DNA of 64,000 bases from the human T2T-CHM13v2.0 reference genome, Homo sapiens, in NCBI RefSeq assembly GCF_009914755.1, contig NC_060932.1. The stretch is one strand, 5' to 3'. Position 1 is the stretch's first letter; every line of letters starts with the position of its first letter. Shown here one piece after another: positions 1 through 16,030 of this stretch. The notes beneath the pieces are model-generated. The model saw nothing but the letters and a program-made list of their open reading frames with translations, ran no database searches and was not told where the DNA came from. Position numbers and translations under genes: made by a program.

Positions 1-48
1 GTACCTGAAATGAGGGCAGTTTTGTGGGACTGTTCCTTCTAACTGTAG

Positions 49-375
<327 letters not shown>

Positions 376-379
376 TACT

Positions 380-1800
380 TTGGTTTCTAGAAAGAACCTT
401 TGGAGAAGTGGCTAATGCTAAATGTCTAAAGTAGAAAATGTACCAATCACATAAGCCTGGAACATCTTAATATGCCATAAAGCAAGACAGCTAACAAAGA
501 CTAAAGAGATTAGGTCAAAAAGGCAAGGAAAACAACTTTAAAAGGCTTCTACTGGCTATGATGGGACAGTCTGACCATCAAAAGAATGAGTACAAGTAAC
601 TGAATGGCAAAAACCCATAAAAATCCATGCTGCATAATGATACTCAAAAAAACAAAAACAAAAAACCTCAGTGAGCTAAGATAGAACCCATGATAAAAAC
701 TTAAAAAGCAAAGAAATTAAGCACTGTCCTTCCTATATGAAATGTATTTTGGATAGCTGGGCACAGTGGCTCATGCCTGTAATTCTAGCACTTTGGGAGG
801 CCTAGGCAGGCTGATCACTTGAGCTCAGGAGTTCAAGACCAGCCTGGGTAACATGGCAAAACCCTGTCTCTACAAAATATACAAAAATTAGCCAGGCATG
901 ATGGTGCACACCTGTACTCCCAGCTACTTGCGGGGCTGAGGTGGGAGGATTGTTTCAGCCTGGGGGATGGAGGATGCAGTGAGCCAAGATCACACCACTG
1001 TACTCCAGCCTGGGCAAGGGAGAGAGACCGTCTCAAAACAAAAAACAAAACAAAACAAAAAAGATACGTATTTCAGTCCATTTATATGGAAAACCTCCAG
1101 CTAATAGCGATTCAACTGGACACAGCCCAAGTATAAAGTTTTCTTGCCACCCCAGACCACCTCTGAAAAAGTAAACCTGAATTTAATCAAGCAACTATAT
1201 GTACCTACGGTTTCCAGTTTCTAGGAAATATGGAGTATAAAGAAAAAGACAAACATTATGATGAATCAGTTAAATTCAGAATAAGCATTCCACAGAACAA
1301 TGACTCTGTTTCTTCAACAAATGGTTACTAAAAAAAAAAAAAAAAAAGAAGACTTTTTATAAACTAAAAAAGATGGACGAGACAAAATAAACAAATGCCA
1401 TGTGTGAATTTGTTCAGATCCTGGATCCTGACTTAAAACAACTGTATAATAACATTTTTGGGATAAATGTGCAAATCTAAATACGGACAGGGTATCGGAT
1501 TATACTAAAGAATTAGAATTACTTTTGTTTGGATGATAATGGCATTGTAGTAACAGAAAATGAACTCTGAAAAATTAGTGTGTAAAATGATGCCTGAGTC
1601 TTGCTTTAAACTAGTCTAGCAAAAATAAGCGAAGGAAGGAAGGCTGGAAGGAAAGAACAGAATTAGCTGGGCAGTAGAAAGGTGAGATTGGCAAAATGTT
1701 GGTACTTATTAAAGCAAGTGAGATGGCTATATTAGGTTCACTGTAACATTCTCTCTACTTTTGTATATGTTTGCAAATTTCCATAATAAAACACTAGAAA
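380..1800 (+). mobile_element. Old L1MC/L1ME 3' end fragments around an Alu
   Basis: TTTCTTCAACAA...GATCCTGGATCCTGAC...CTCTCTACTTTTGTATATGTTTG...TTTCCATAATAAAA. Confidence 0.65.
755..1062 (+). mobile_element. Alu (AluJ-like)
   Basis: Full dimer with A-rich tail. Confidence 0.95.
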
Positions 1801-2120
1801 ATGTATTATTTTAATCACATTCAACATTCATATTACAGGTCAGAATGTATTTTAAATAATTATGATGTTTCTGGAAAGCAACTGGTGTTTGTAGAGGTAG
1901 GTAAGCAAAGGTTTTATAAAATCACATTTCCTTAAGCCAATAACTGTACCATGAAATCAATTTTAGGGAAAAAATTTGAAATATAGTTAAAGCATACACA
2001 AGACACTTTCCTACATTTATTAGTAACAAATATTTGTCTACCCATACTTTTATTATTCATATTTTAAGACAGGATTTAAAATGTTACGGATAAAAATTAA
2101 AAATTTGATTTATTTATACA

Positions 2121-2335
2121 TTTTTTAAGACAAGATCTCGTCCTGTCACCCAGGCTAGAGTATAGTGGCGGGATCACAGCTCACAGCAACCTCACAACCT
2201 CCCCGGCTCAAGCAATCCTCCCACTTAAGCCTCTCAAGTAACTGGGACTATGGGCATGCACTACCATGCCCAGCTAATTTTTTGTATTTTTTTGTAGAGA
2301 CGGCGTTTCTCCATGTTGCCCAGGGTTGTCTTGAA
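2121..2335 (-). mobile_element. Alu, 5'-truncated (AluJ-like)
   Basis: Right arm plus partial left arm. Confidence 0.9.
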
Positions 2336-2363
2336 TAGAAATTTTAAAATATGAGAGAATAAC

Positions 2364-2645
2364 TTTTTTTTTTTTACACGGAGTCTCGCTCTGTCGCCCA
2401 GGCTGGAGTACAGTGGCGCCATCTTGGCTCACCGGAAGCTCCGCCTCCCAGGTTCACGCCATTCTCTCGCCTCAGCCTCCCGAGTAGCTGGGACTACCAC
2501 CACGCCCAGCCAATTTTTTGTATGTTTTAGTAGAGACGGGGTTTCACTGTGTTAGCCAGGGTGGTCTTGATCTCCGACCTCGTGATCCGCCTGCCTCAGC
2601 CTCCCAAAGTGCTGGGATTACAGGTGTGAGCCACTGCGCCTGGCC
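2364..2645 (-). mobile_element. Alu (AluY/Sc-like)
   Basis: TSD AGAGAATAACTTT. Confidence 0.95.
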
Positions 2646-2703
2646 AGAGAATAACTTTTAATAAGGCTTACAGTATTAACAAAAACTGTATATGTAATGG
2701 TTG

Positions 2704-2991
2704 TTTTTTTTTTTTTTTTTTTTTTTTTGAGACAGAGTCTCGGTCTGTCGCCCAGGCTGGAGTGAACTGCAACCTCCCCTTCCCGAATTCAAGTGATTCT
2801 CCTGCCTCAGCCTCGGAGTAGCTGGGACTACAGGCGCCTGCCACCACGCCCGGCTAATTGTTTTGTATTTTTAGTAAGGCAGGGTTTCGCCATGTTGGCT
2901 AGGCTGGTCTGGAACTCCTCACCTCAGGTGATCTGTCTGCCTCAGCCTCCCAAAGTGCTGGGATTACAGGCATGAACCAGCGCACCCGGCC
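2704..2991 (-). mobile_element. Alu (AluS) with short internal deletion
   Basis: Dimer with poly-T. Confidence 0.95.
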
Positions 2992-3199
2992 TTCAATATG
3001 ATTTTTTAAATGGTCAAAAATAATGCAGAGGAAAGGAAAAAAATCTAACTCTAAGCTAACCCTAACCCAAAACAATTAACAAGTGTCTGTAGGTACTGAA
3101 TTGGTAATACTCCAGTAAAACATTTAGCTGCTGTCAGAATACACCACCCTCCTTGGTTATAATCTGACCTAAACAGAAGGAAAAACAACTGACTGCAGA

Positions 3200-3340
3200 G
3201 GAAGAACTTAACAGACCTGGTTAAAATTCTTATTCTGCCACTTACAAGCTGGGTGATTTTAGAAAAGAAATTTATCCTAACATTCAATTTTCTCATCTCA
3301 AAAGTAGAGATAACATCTTCCTCACAGGGCTACTGTAGGG
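3200..3340 (+). mobile_element. MIR
   Basis: TCTGCCACTTACAAGCTGGGTGA...TTTCTCATCTC...CCTCACAGGGCT core. Confidence 0.65.
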
Positions 3341-3511
3341 GATATCTGTTCTTCAAAATTTACAGGTCAAAAGTAACAAGAGAATGAGAAGCAGATGGAA
3401 GTATAGCTAAAACAAGATTGGCCATGACGTGATGATAACTGAATCAAAATGATGGGTACATCATAGCTCATTCTTCTATTGCCTATCTTTCTGTGTTTTT
3501 GATTTCCATTA

Positions 3512-3845
<334 letters not shown>

Positions 3846-4247
3846 TACACACACAAAAACAAAAGAAAGCTTATAGAACAATCCCAGTGTTTCCACACCC
3901 ACACAACAGGATAAAAATGTCTGAATGATGCCAGGAGCTGTTTCACCAAAGCAAGTCAATTTTATAAAAGGCTACTACAAAGAACCATGTCTACTCTAAT
4001 ACCTACCTACTGGCACAATGCCTATACAAGAGCTATGTGCATGCTAGAATTACCTATATAATCCCCTCCCATAATTCATGCTACACAAAAAACTTTAATT
4101 TTTCCCTCTACCTATTCCTCACACTCATCTTTTCTCATATTGATGGGAAGAGGTAACTGAAACACTCTGAAGGCAGTCTTTCACGGTGGTAAGACAGAGC
4201 TGAGAAAATTTTCTTTGCCACTATGTCTCAAAGAAAATCAGCAACAT

Positions 4248-4551
4248 GCTGGGTGCATTGGCAGCACCCTTGGGAGGCCAAGGCAGGTGGATTGCTTGAG
4301 ATCAAGAGTTCCAGACCAACCTGGGCAACATGGTGAGACTCCATATCTACAAATATACAAAAATTATCCAGGTGTGGTGACGCACACCTGTAGTCCCAGT
4401 TATGGGGGGGTGGGGTGGGGGCGCTGAGGCAGGAGGATGGCTTGAACCTGGGAGGTTGAGGCTGCAGCAAGCAGAGACTGTGCCACAGCACTCCAGCCTA
4501 GGCAACAGAGCAAGACTATCTTTAGAAAAAACAAAAAGAAAAGAAAAAAAA
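4248..4551 (+). mobile_element. Alu (AluJ-like) with G-run expansion
   Basis: TSD AAAATCAGCAACATG; G tracts 4404-4421. Confidence 0.95.
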
Positions 4552-5116
4552 TCAGCAACATGTTCTTAATTAAGTGTGGACTAAGCATATCTTATTGGTC
4601 ATTGGCATATCTTATTTGCAGCCAATCCATTAACATGAGCAGAACATACAAACAATGTCTGATATGACCACCCTGTATCCATGGCAAGGCATAAACACTA
4701 AATATGCTTTACTAAATAAAGGGAACATAGAAACAATTGCCAATAATGAAAATTACAGTTTCCTATAAGTAAACATGTATACACAAAAACAAATTGCACC
4801 AACATCTAACCAATATAAAGGATATTCAAGGTTTTCTTATTCTCAGACTACACTCTCAATCTCAATGTTTAACAACAACCACTGCAGGCATGAAACGTGA
4901 AATCTTTACTTGAATTGAATTTCCCTGGACCTGTCACTGCATTAAGAGGGAGGTTGACCTAGGTGACACCCAAAGTGCCTAATTACTAAAGATTCTACAA
5001 GTAAGTTGTATAAATTGGACTCTCAAGCCAGTTGTTTAGGGAAACAGACATAACTGGTCTCTTTCTCAAATGGCTGTACAACCTTATGTATATAACAATG
5101 TGTGAAGGACCAGATC

Positions 5117-5414
<298 letters not shown>

Positions 5415-5542
5415 AAGGGACCAGATCTATACAACAGCAGTAAATGGAAAAAGGAGTTTGATTACTGCTTTGCCTGAACACTCTGATCCAGTCAAAACAA
5501 GAGGATACTGACCTGTTTTTGCTCACAAGGATCATTACTTCC

Positions 5543-5704
<162 letters not shown>

Positions 5705-5799
5705 TAAATCTCTTGATAAAGGTGCTTGATCTCAAATTTTCTCTTCTTTACCTTAGCTCCTATACCACTAAAGTCTTCTTTGAAAAAAAAAAAAATCAC

Positions 5800-6097
5800 T
5801 TTTTTTTTTCTTTTGAGATGGAGTCTCACTCTGTCACCCAGGCTGGAGTGCACTGGCACAATCTCAGCTCACTGCAACCTCCGCCTCCCGGGTTCAAGCA
5901 ATTCTCCCTGCCTCAGCCTCCCAAGTAGCTGGGATTACAGGCACCTGCCACCACGTCCAGCTCATTTTTGTATTTTTAGTAGAGATGAAGTTTCACAATG
6001 TTGGCCAGGCTGGTCTCGAACTCTTGACCTTAGGTGATCCACCCACCTCGGCCTCCCAAAGTGCTAGGATTACAGGCGTGAGCCACCTTGCACAGCC
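5800..6097 (-). mobile_element. Alu (AluS)
   Basis: Full dimer. Confidence 0.95.
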
Positions 6098-6424
6098 AAA
6101 ACTATCTATTTCTATCTTTAGCTGTTATTTCAACCCTGGATTATTAATCTTTATGTGGTCATGTAATAAAGCTGGTCAGATTTTAATTGAAATGTATGGT
6201 TTATAAAATTAGTTAAATACTCTGTATGGGTACCAGGATGAATAAAATATACCTATTCATGCTAATGTTTTAAGTTCTCTTATTAAAAGAAGTATCATAT
6301 GACCTACATAGACCAATTTTGTGTAATCTAAGTCAAAGTTATAAAATTCTACTGAATGAATCTTCTCCAGAAGATCCATGAGCTGCATGGCTTTATTATC
6401 AGGGAAAGAAATGTAGATAAAACA

Positions 6425-6940
<516 letters not shown>

Positions 6941-8099
6941 AACAGGGTTTCATAAGCAAATGTACTCTTGGGGTTCTAGTAGCAGTACTCTAAGCAAATG
7001 ACAAAGCAGAATCCAAATAGTAACTTAGTAACAGAGAGAGATCACACGCAGGTAGCTAATTTTCAGCAGTTTCTTTATCAGCCAATGTGTTCCCAGTATC
7101 TTATATTAAAAAAAAAAAAGTAATCAACTTGGTTTAATATATTTTAACATCATATATGAATAAGTACTCCTTGGTTCCACATAAACAGTTACTAAGTATG
7201 TGTATCCTCTCTTCCACCTTATTCCCATTAAGCTATCTAATTCAGATCTTCCTACTGCATATCGGGCTCTAACAATTACCTATCTGAGCACCTACTATCT
7301 GCGGATTCCATCTCAGATGACACCACCAACTACATAATCTTAGATTCTTTTAATGTTTACTTCTCCCCAAACTAAAAATGCTTCATAACTTCTACTCAAG
7401 TATAAATTCCTTAGACTGACACTCCACTATTTCCTTTATTTGGGTCCCTACATGAAGCTCCATACCATTTAGGCTGATCTCCTGAAATGAGGTGCATGAA
7501 TAAATGGATTTTCATGCCTCTACTCATGTCATTCCACAGCTTCCATTATGTAACCAAGAATTCACAAATATTCTGTCGTAAAGTCTTCCTCAATGTACTG
7601 GCTGTCAGTGGTCTTGTTCCTGAAGTACTGACAGCCCATACTTCAAATTCCAACTATTCAAGTAAGTGTTGGTATTCAGAACATAAATAAATGCCCTGCT
7701 ACACTTTTTTGCCACTTGCCAAATAACTTACATCGCCCAAGCTGTATTGCAAATGGCTAAAAAAAATTTTGGTCATGACATATCATACCTCAATACCTAA
7801 CATACTACCTAGAGACAGTAAACAGTCAATAAATGTTTGCGGTCAAAACCATGGATAAGGACTACGGCAACCAAAACTGAAATCAGAAAGTTGCTCAGAG
7901 AGAATCCACAGGAACACTGTCGCTATTTATTCACAAGACTGTATACTTTATGTTACATACTCCTATATGCTATCAAAATAACATGATCCCATGAAACTGA
8001 ATTCTCTCCTTTGTATGCCACAATTGTTAAAAAACATTCAGCAAAAAGGGACATCAGTAACCAAGTACATATTTGGTCACCCTGAAATAAAAAATACTT

Positions 8100-8240
8100 G
8101 GAAAGAAATAAGAGATCTGGTTTTTAGTCCTAGCTTCACATCTTTACTCCTGTGATTTCAGGAGTTATCCAATTTCTCTGAATCTCAGTTTCGTCATCTT
8201 AAAACATAAAGGGGTACACTAGATTATTCTTCTGATCTTC
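8100..8240 (+). mobile_element. MIR
   Basis: TTTCTCTGAATCTCAGTTTCGTCATCT core. Confidence 0.55.
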
Positions 8241-9179
8241 TATAAATAGTCAAATCATACATTAAACATGAGTCTAACACACTGAACAAATACTAATTTT
8301 AAGAAACTTATTGTGTGTTAGTGCCAAAAAGTAATAAAAAGCACATTACCTGCCTTCCAAAAAGTTCAATAATACTAATATGAAGAGAGGTATGCAAAAG
8401 TTAGACTGAGAAAGAATGGACAAGAATTCACACAAAGGTGACATTAAAAAAAAAAAAAAAAACAACACAAAAGTATATGTAAAATCAAGTTCCAACTAGA
8501 AACTGACAGTTTACCCTCACTGATCACATTACTAAAACTTAAGAGGATAAACTTAATAAACCAATGATTTCTTTTAAGAAAACAATCATTAAAAGGAGCT
8601 AATTCTTTTATTAACTTGCAACTTTGGGAATGCTTATTATGTACATGTACCCCTAATTTACGTAAAGTCCATTAAATCCTGTAAGTGGGTTGACTCTCTA
8701 TGATCTAGAACTAAAGTTATTGCATGTAATTGTTAAGTAAGGTACAAGCACAGAAATCAACTGCTATTCAAGGAATTATAAAGTAACTTTATAAGCCTTA
8801 TATAAATAAGCCTAGTACATAAGTATTACTTTTCACCAAATAGTCACGATTTCCTAAAATCTGACTTGATGCTCATTTTATATAAAGTCCTTCTTAACTT
8901 TTATAAAATGAAACCATATTTAATACTATACAAGTTAACACAAGCCAATTCTAAATTAAAAGTAACAGGTTAGTAACTCAACAACTGACACAAGATTTTC
9001 TTAAATTATTTGACCCTCTGCTTAAACAGTCTTTAGTTTCTACCCACTAAGAATTACTATAAACTGCCTACCATATATACTGAGACTTCGTAGGACAGAA
9101 CAACTGTCAAAACATGTCAAACATACTCATAACTCACACGGTAGTTAACAAGTTAGTAGGAATCATGATGCATTAATAA

Positions 9180-10145
9180 ACATAATGCATGAAACTGAAC
9201 AGATCCAAATTGATCTTTATACATGCATACCTGCACTTGTGTATCTATACAATAATGGTGGGATTTCAAATTGGGGAGAAAGGATCAACTTTTCATGCAA
9301 TGGTATTATGACAAATGGCTATCCATAGCATGAAGAAAAATAAACTATCTGGAGGTACATATTCACTAATGAGAACTAAAACATCAACAAGGTACTACTT
9401 TTTACCCTTCAGATTACTACTAATGATTAAAATGAGTGCTAAGTGTTGACAAGATTAACAGTGGGTCCACTGGCACATTTCTGACAAAAATATAAACTGG
9501 TATAACTTTTAAGGGAATTTAATCTGGCACTATGTATCAAAATTTAAAATGTACAAACCAGCAATTCTACTTCTGGGAGCAAAGAATGAAACAAGTGTAC
9601 AAAGGTATATATATGCAATGATTTTCATTATACCATCACTTTTTAAAATGATGAATTTAAAAACTATCAATGGAGGTTGGTTAAATAAATTATGCCTATA
9701 GTCCTAGCTACTCAGAAGGTTGAGGCAGGAGGATATGGCTTGCTTGAGCCTGGGAGCTGGAGGCTACAGTGAGCTATGATGGCATCACTACACTCCAGGC
9801 TGGGTGACCCAGCAAGATCCTCTCTCCAAAAAAATAATAAATTATTACACAACCCTATAAGGTATCAAATTTTAGACATTTAAAAATGTTTTGATCTATA
9901 CGTATTGATCAGTACAAAAAGCAATTTACAGTATATATTATGTGATTCTGTTTGTGGATTTTATTTTTACAACTAATGCAGGAGGACATATGTATATGCA
10001 AGCACTTAAAAAGTCTGGATCAATTTAATAGCAATCTTTTTAACACTGGCTATCTCTGGATGCCAGACTTTTACTTTCTCCCAGTTCTTTTAAAAATCAC
10101 ATTTATAATTAGAGGGGAAAAACACATATCCATTAAAAAAAAAAA
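9180..10145 (+). mobile_element. L1ME-like fragments
   Basis: CCAGCAATTCTACTTCTGGGA and GGTTGGTTAAATAAATTATG motifs; decayed. Confidence 0.55.
9692..9843 (+). mobile_element. Alu right arm (AluJ/FRAM-like)
   Basis: Right monomer only. Confidence 0.85.
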
Positions 10146-10353
10146 GATGACACCCTATACATTACAAAGAAATAAAGAACCTGAATTTGTTGCACCAAAA
10201 GAGTTAGTCCCACCAAGAGAGCAAGACAAAGATTCCCACCAGCCTTCCCTATTTCAGTCCCAATCTGAGGTCCTAGGGGAGTTCTGCCCCACTCCCATTC
10301 TAAATATAGCCTTCCCTAAATGGTCATTCATGTTTAGTCTTCCAACTGTTATC

Positions 10354-10949
<596 letters not shown>

Positions 10950-10989
10950 AATTGTTATCTTTATGTAAACATAAGAGGGAGAACAGAAC

Positions 10990-11210
10990 TGTGAAAAGAA
11001 CATGAGATTTGGAATCAAAAGAAGTATATTCAAGTCCTGGCCCAATGTGACCTGAACTGACTTCACCTAACAAGTTTTTTCATTTGATTACAAAAAGTAA
11101 AAGTACCTGTCTCACAGGGTTGTGGTCAGGATCTAACGAATAATCTATACATATATGGAAGTTATGTAAACCATAAAGTGAAATACAAACATCAATTACT
11201 GTTATTAACT
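10990..11210 (+). mobile_element. MIR
   Basis: TTTGGAATCA...TTCAAGTCCTGG...ACCTGTCTCACAGGGTTGTGGTCAGGAT. Confidence 0.6.
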
Positions 11211-11214
11211 AATC

Positions 11215-11700
11215 CAGATCTCTGTTCTGAGTTTAGAGCTAGCAGTAACTGATGCTTCATATTTCCAGCTGGAAATCCTACTGTTACCTCAAACTCAACA
11301 TGTCCAAATTTAAATTCGGTGCTTTTCCTTTAAATCTATTCCCTAATTTATTCACTGTCAATGAACTATCATTCTACTATTGCCCCAAACTTCAGTTATT
11401 TTTCTTTTCTTTTTCTTTCTTTCTTTTTTTTTTTTTTTTTTTTTACAAACTTTCCAAAGTGACAATGGACCAGGCTTCAGTTATTTCTGTCCAAGTCCTA
11501 CCCATTTTTTTCCTTTCTAATCCAACCCCTCATTTTCCAATGACATAACCCTTACTTAGGAAACTGCAACCTCTTCTCTCTGTCTTTAAATCTCTATCCG
11601 GCTTCAATCCTTCCTAAATACTCCCTACCAGTTACAACCAAGGTAGTCAGGCTGCTTCCCTCAAGTATCTTCCCTAGCACCTTACTGTTGCCTACAGCAG
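11215..11700 (+). mobile_element. L2 fragment
   Basis: ACCTCAAACTCAACATGTCCAAA motif. Confidence 0.55.
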
Positions 11701-12228
11701 GGCACAAATCTGTAGTTTCTTTACAGCTACACTCTCTTTGTCACCTCCGGTTCAGTACTCAGACAGTTTCACTTAATTGTACTATCTGCCCACCCCTCTT
11801 AGCATGTGAATTTGCCAACTTGATATAGGCTAGATTAACATAAAAATGGCAGACTTAGGAACAAAATTTACTTGTATTTGAATACCATCTATCTCACTGA
11901 GGCTCAGGTAACCTCCACATATCAGTTGACAATCTATAAATTGCAACGATACCTTTCACAGAGATGAGAAGGATAGCAATAATGTACTTCAGAGTCCTTT
12001 ACGGTGCTAGGAATATACTAAAAGCTTTAAAAATGGTGGCAATTATGACTTTAATTAAACTCCAGCACTCAAGAACTTCATAATTAACCCCAGTTTATTT
12101 TTGTAGCAGTATCATCAACTACTCCCTTACATGACAAACCTATACCCTCACTTTACATACTCCTGCCAGGTAAAATACCCCCATCTTTGCTGATCTGAAT
12201 TTTACTCATCTTTAAAAGTCAAAGTATT

Positions 12229-12622
<394 letters not shown>

Positions 12623-12794
12623 TTACAGAACTCTTAAGTAGTTAATATAAGGTAGCAGGAATTCTCTTATCTGGGGGGAAAAACCTATCTCTCATTATGA
12701 GGACATCTGGTCCTCCTAAATCCTCCTAGGATACAGTCAGCTATAAATGAAGGGGAGAAGAGAGCTGTATTTTAAAAAATATTGATCCGACAGG

Positions 12795-12940
12795 GTGGTG
12801 GACATTATCTCCATTGATGCGGTAGTAGCCCGTGACCCCTCAATGAGGGAGAATTGCTAATAACTGCAGTTTACAGAACTAGGGATCAGGCAAAATTATT
12901 TCTAATCATCTTTTCTCTCTGAAGCTTTTAGTCCACTTTA
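12795..12940 (+). repeat. Left arm of a ~145-bp inverted duplication (partner 13959-14099)
   Basis: Reverse complement of 13959-14099 with 4 substitutions and 2 small indels by manual alignment. Confidence 0.95.
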
Positions 12941-12946
12941 TATGCC

Positions 12947-13223
12947 ACCCAGCACTTTGGGAGGCAGAGGCGGACAGATCACCTGAGGTCGCGAGTTTGA
13001 GACCAGCCTGACCAACATGGATAAACCCCATTTCTACTAAAAACACAAAATTATCTGAGTGTGGTAGCACATGCCTGTAATCCCAGCTACTCAGGAGGCT
13101 GAGGCAGGAGACTCGCTTGAACCCGGGAGTCAGAGGTTGCGGTCAGCTGAGATCATGCCATTGCACTCCAGCCTGGGCAACAAGAGTGAAACTCCATCTC
13201 AAAAAAATAAATAAAAATAAAAA
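12947..13223 (+). mobile_element. Alu (AluSp/Sq-like), 5'-truncated
   Basis: Starts at CCCAGCACTTTGG and is preceded by the templated inverted copy. Confidence 0.95.
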
Positions 13224-13449
13224 TATATTGATCCCACTGCATTTGTTTCCAGATGTACAGGAATAACAACTGAACCCATATATATCCATATTTGAGGAAA
13301 AGAACCAGAAAGTATCTCACATACTCATTAAAATCTATCCAACTTATCAAGTGGAGATTTACAATTTTCTCGAGAGATTATCATGATGATAAAGTCAATT
13401 ATCCCAGCCTTACTGTCAACTATTCTAATACAGTCAAAACTTAGAATTA

Positions 13450-13760
13450 GGCCAGACACAGTGGCTCCTGCCTGTAATCCCAGCACTTTGGGAGGCCGAG
13501 GTGGGTGGCTCACTTCAGGCCAGGAGTTCAAGACCAGCCTGGGAAACATGGTGAAACCCCGTCTCTACTAAGAATACAAGAATTAGTTGGCAGTGGTAGT
13601 GCATGCCTGTAATCCCACCTACTGGGAGGCTGAAGTGGGAGGATCATCTGAGCCCACGAGGCAGTGGTTGTAGTGAGCCTAGATCACACCATTGCCTGTC
13701 GCCTGCCTGGGCGACAAAGTAAGACTCTGCCTTAAAAAACAAAAACAAACAAACAAAACA
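13450..13760 (+). mobile_element. Alu
   Basis: Full dimer. Confidence 0.95.
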
Positions 13761-13958
13761 GAATTCGCTTCCTTATATGATAAGGTGAAAGGGGGACACC
13801 CCAATGACAATCTCTGACCTTCAAAACTGGACACATTCATTATTCATCCACTATTTTGGGGGCATCTAAACATAAGCCAGACACTGCTAGGTGCCTGGAA
13901 TACAAATATCTTCAAGATGCTTTCCAGCTGAATAGAACACATGAGACTCAGATAACCC

Positions 13959-14099
13959 TAAAGTGGACTAAAAGCTTCAGAGAAAAGATGATTGGAAATA
14001 ATTTTGCCTGATCTCTAATTCTGTAAACTGCAATTATTAGCAATTCTCCCTCATTGAGGGGTCACGGGCTACTGCATCAATGGAGATAATGTCCACCAC
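13959..14099 (-). repeat. Right arm (probable donor) of the inverted duplication
   Basis: TAAAGTGGACTAAAAGCTTC...GATAATGTCCACCAC is the reverse complement of 12795-12940. Confidence 0.95.
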
Positions 14100-15946
14100 A
14101 AACGGAGTGTCTAGGTTGCCCAGGGACTGAAAACTGGGCATCAGTCTCCCCAAATCAGATGTATTCTAATCTGATCCTACCCCTTCTCTGCCAAGAAAAA
14201 GAATGAAAGATGAGTAGGTCAGGCATTTTCCTCACATTTCCCTGAAAGAAAACCTTTTTCATAAAAGTTCAGACTTCCTAAATATACGCCTTGTCTACAA
14301 ACTAGACAAGCAACTTCGCCAAAAGAATGAAGCGAGCATTTAGAAAGGTAGTGCCCAAAGACAGCAAATGAGGTAAAAATAGCAGAACAGGAATACTTTT
14401 AAAACAAAAATGAAAAATACTTTGGAGTACACCCTTCAGGTTTTTTTCCCTAGGTGTACAGGAAATATGTGTATATTCAGGCAATATGGTTTTATAAAAA
14501 TGAGGTGACACCCTACATACTACTATGGACTTTGCTTGAACTGCATAAAATAACAGAAATCTTTCTGTATCAGTACATATAAATGCATTACACATTTTGG
14601 TGTCCCTATCGTTTATAAAAACTACATAAAATGCATGATTTTAGTGAAAATTTTCTAGTTGTGTTTTATTTTATAACGGAAACTAACAGTAAAACCAAAA
14701 TTATCTATATAGCAAATATAGAATTATATAAGACAGGGAAAATGGGGAAAAAAAAGAAAATGTAGAATTAGCTGCATTCTATTAAACCAAGATTATCTAT
14801 AAACATATAACCAAATTATTAAACCAGCCTGCCCAAATCTGGTATTTGCAGTAAAACAATTACTAAAAGCCGTTATATTACTGTAATATAATATGGTATT
14901 GAATTAATATTTCAACAGGTATGCTGGACAGTTACTGAACAAGTATAATGTGTGGAATGTGAAGGAAAAATGAGTGGACAGTCTCAAATCAGTGACAAAA
15001 AAAGGAAATGGAACACAATTATTTTTATCTCCTAGCACAATTACAAGCCAATAAAATATGAGAGTTCAAAAGAGCAAACTAACGGGTAGAAAAAAATCAT
15101 GGATGAAAAAAAATGGGCGAGGATTGTTATTCCACAATCCTCAAAGCACTCACTAAACAGCCATGAAAGCAGAAACAAATTAGCCAAGGAAAGAGGGTAC
15201 TTGGAGGCATTCAAGTACTGCACTTACAAAAAGTAATCCAACAGAACCGGAACTTTACAAAGGGATAGAAAGAAATGCCATCCTCTCAGGACCCTAAACA
15301 ATGGGGGTACAGTTTACAGTCAAATTAAGTTGATTTGGTCCATAATAAATAATCAGAGACAAGTAATCTTCACATCCTTTTATCTATGTGAGTTAAGCAA
15401 AAACTCATCAACCTAGCACTATACAATCGGCTTAGCTAGCCTTTTATCTACTCTACATCCTCAAAGTAATCTGCGTTTGTCATTTACCTCCATGAAAATT
15501 TCCAGTGGTTACCCATTTCCTATAAATAAATATATATACATAGACAGATATGTCTTTCTTGTTCACTGTTGCATTGCTGAAGCTAAAAGAGTATGCTGCA
15601 GGGGTTCAATTAGCATTTCAGGAATAAATGAAGTGAATTTGGCTTCAACTGCTTTCCAGCCATGCTGGGTTTACTTGAATTCATCTGTAGACCTTTGTGA
15701 GTTAGAGCACATTAGTTTCCTTACTATGACTTCCAAACCTGAATATGTAGAGCCCCACAATCTACCATTACTATCGCCTCTCTCATACCAGTCCAGCTTC
15801 AGTAACTTCATTTTTCTTGGTATATGCCATGTATATCAGAGCCTTTCCATTTACTGTTTCTTCTGCCAAAAATTCCTTTCGAGAGTCACACACTTACACC
15901 CCTTACTTCTCTTGGGCCTTTATTCAAAAGGCAATCAGTGGCCGGG

Positions 15947-16030
15947 CTTTGGGAGTCCGAGGCAGGCAGATCACCTGAGGTCAGGAGTTCAAGACCAGCC
16001 TGGCCAACATGGTAAAACCCCGTCTCTACT
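15947..16030 (+). mobile_element. Alu left-arm fragment
   Basis: CTTTGGGAG...CCCCGTCTCTACT. Confidence 0.85.
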
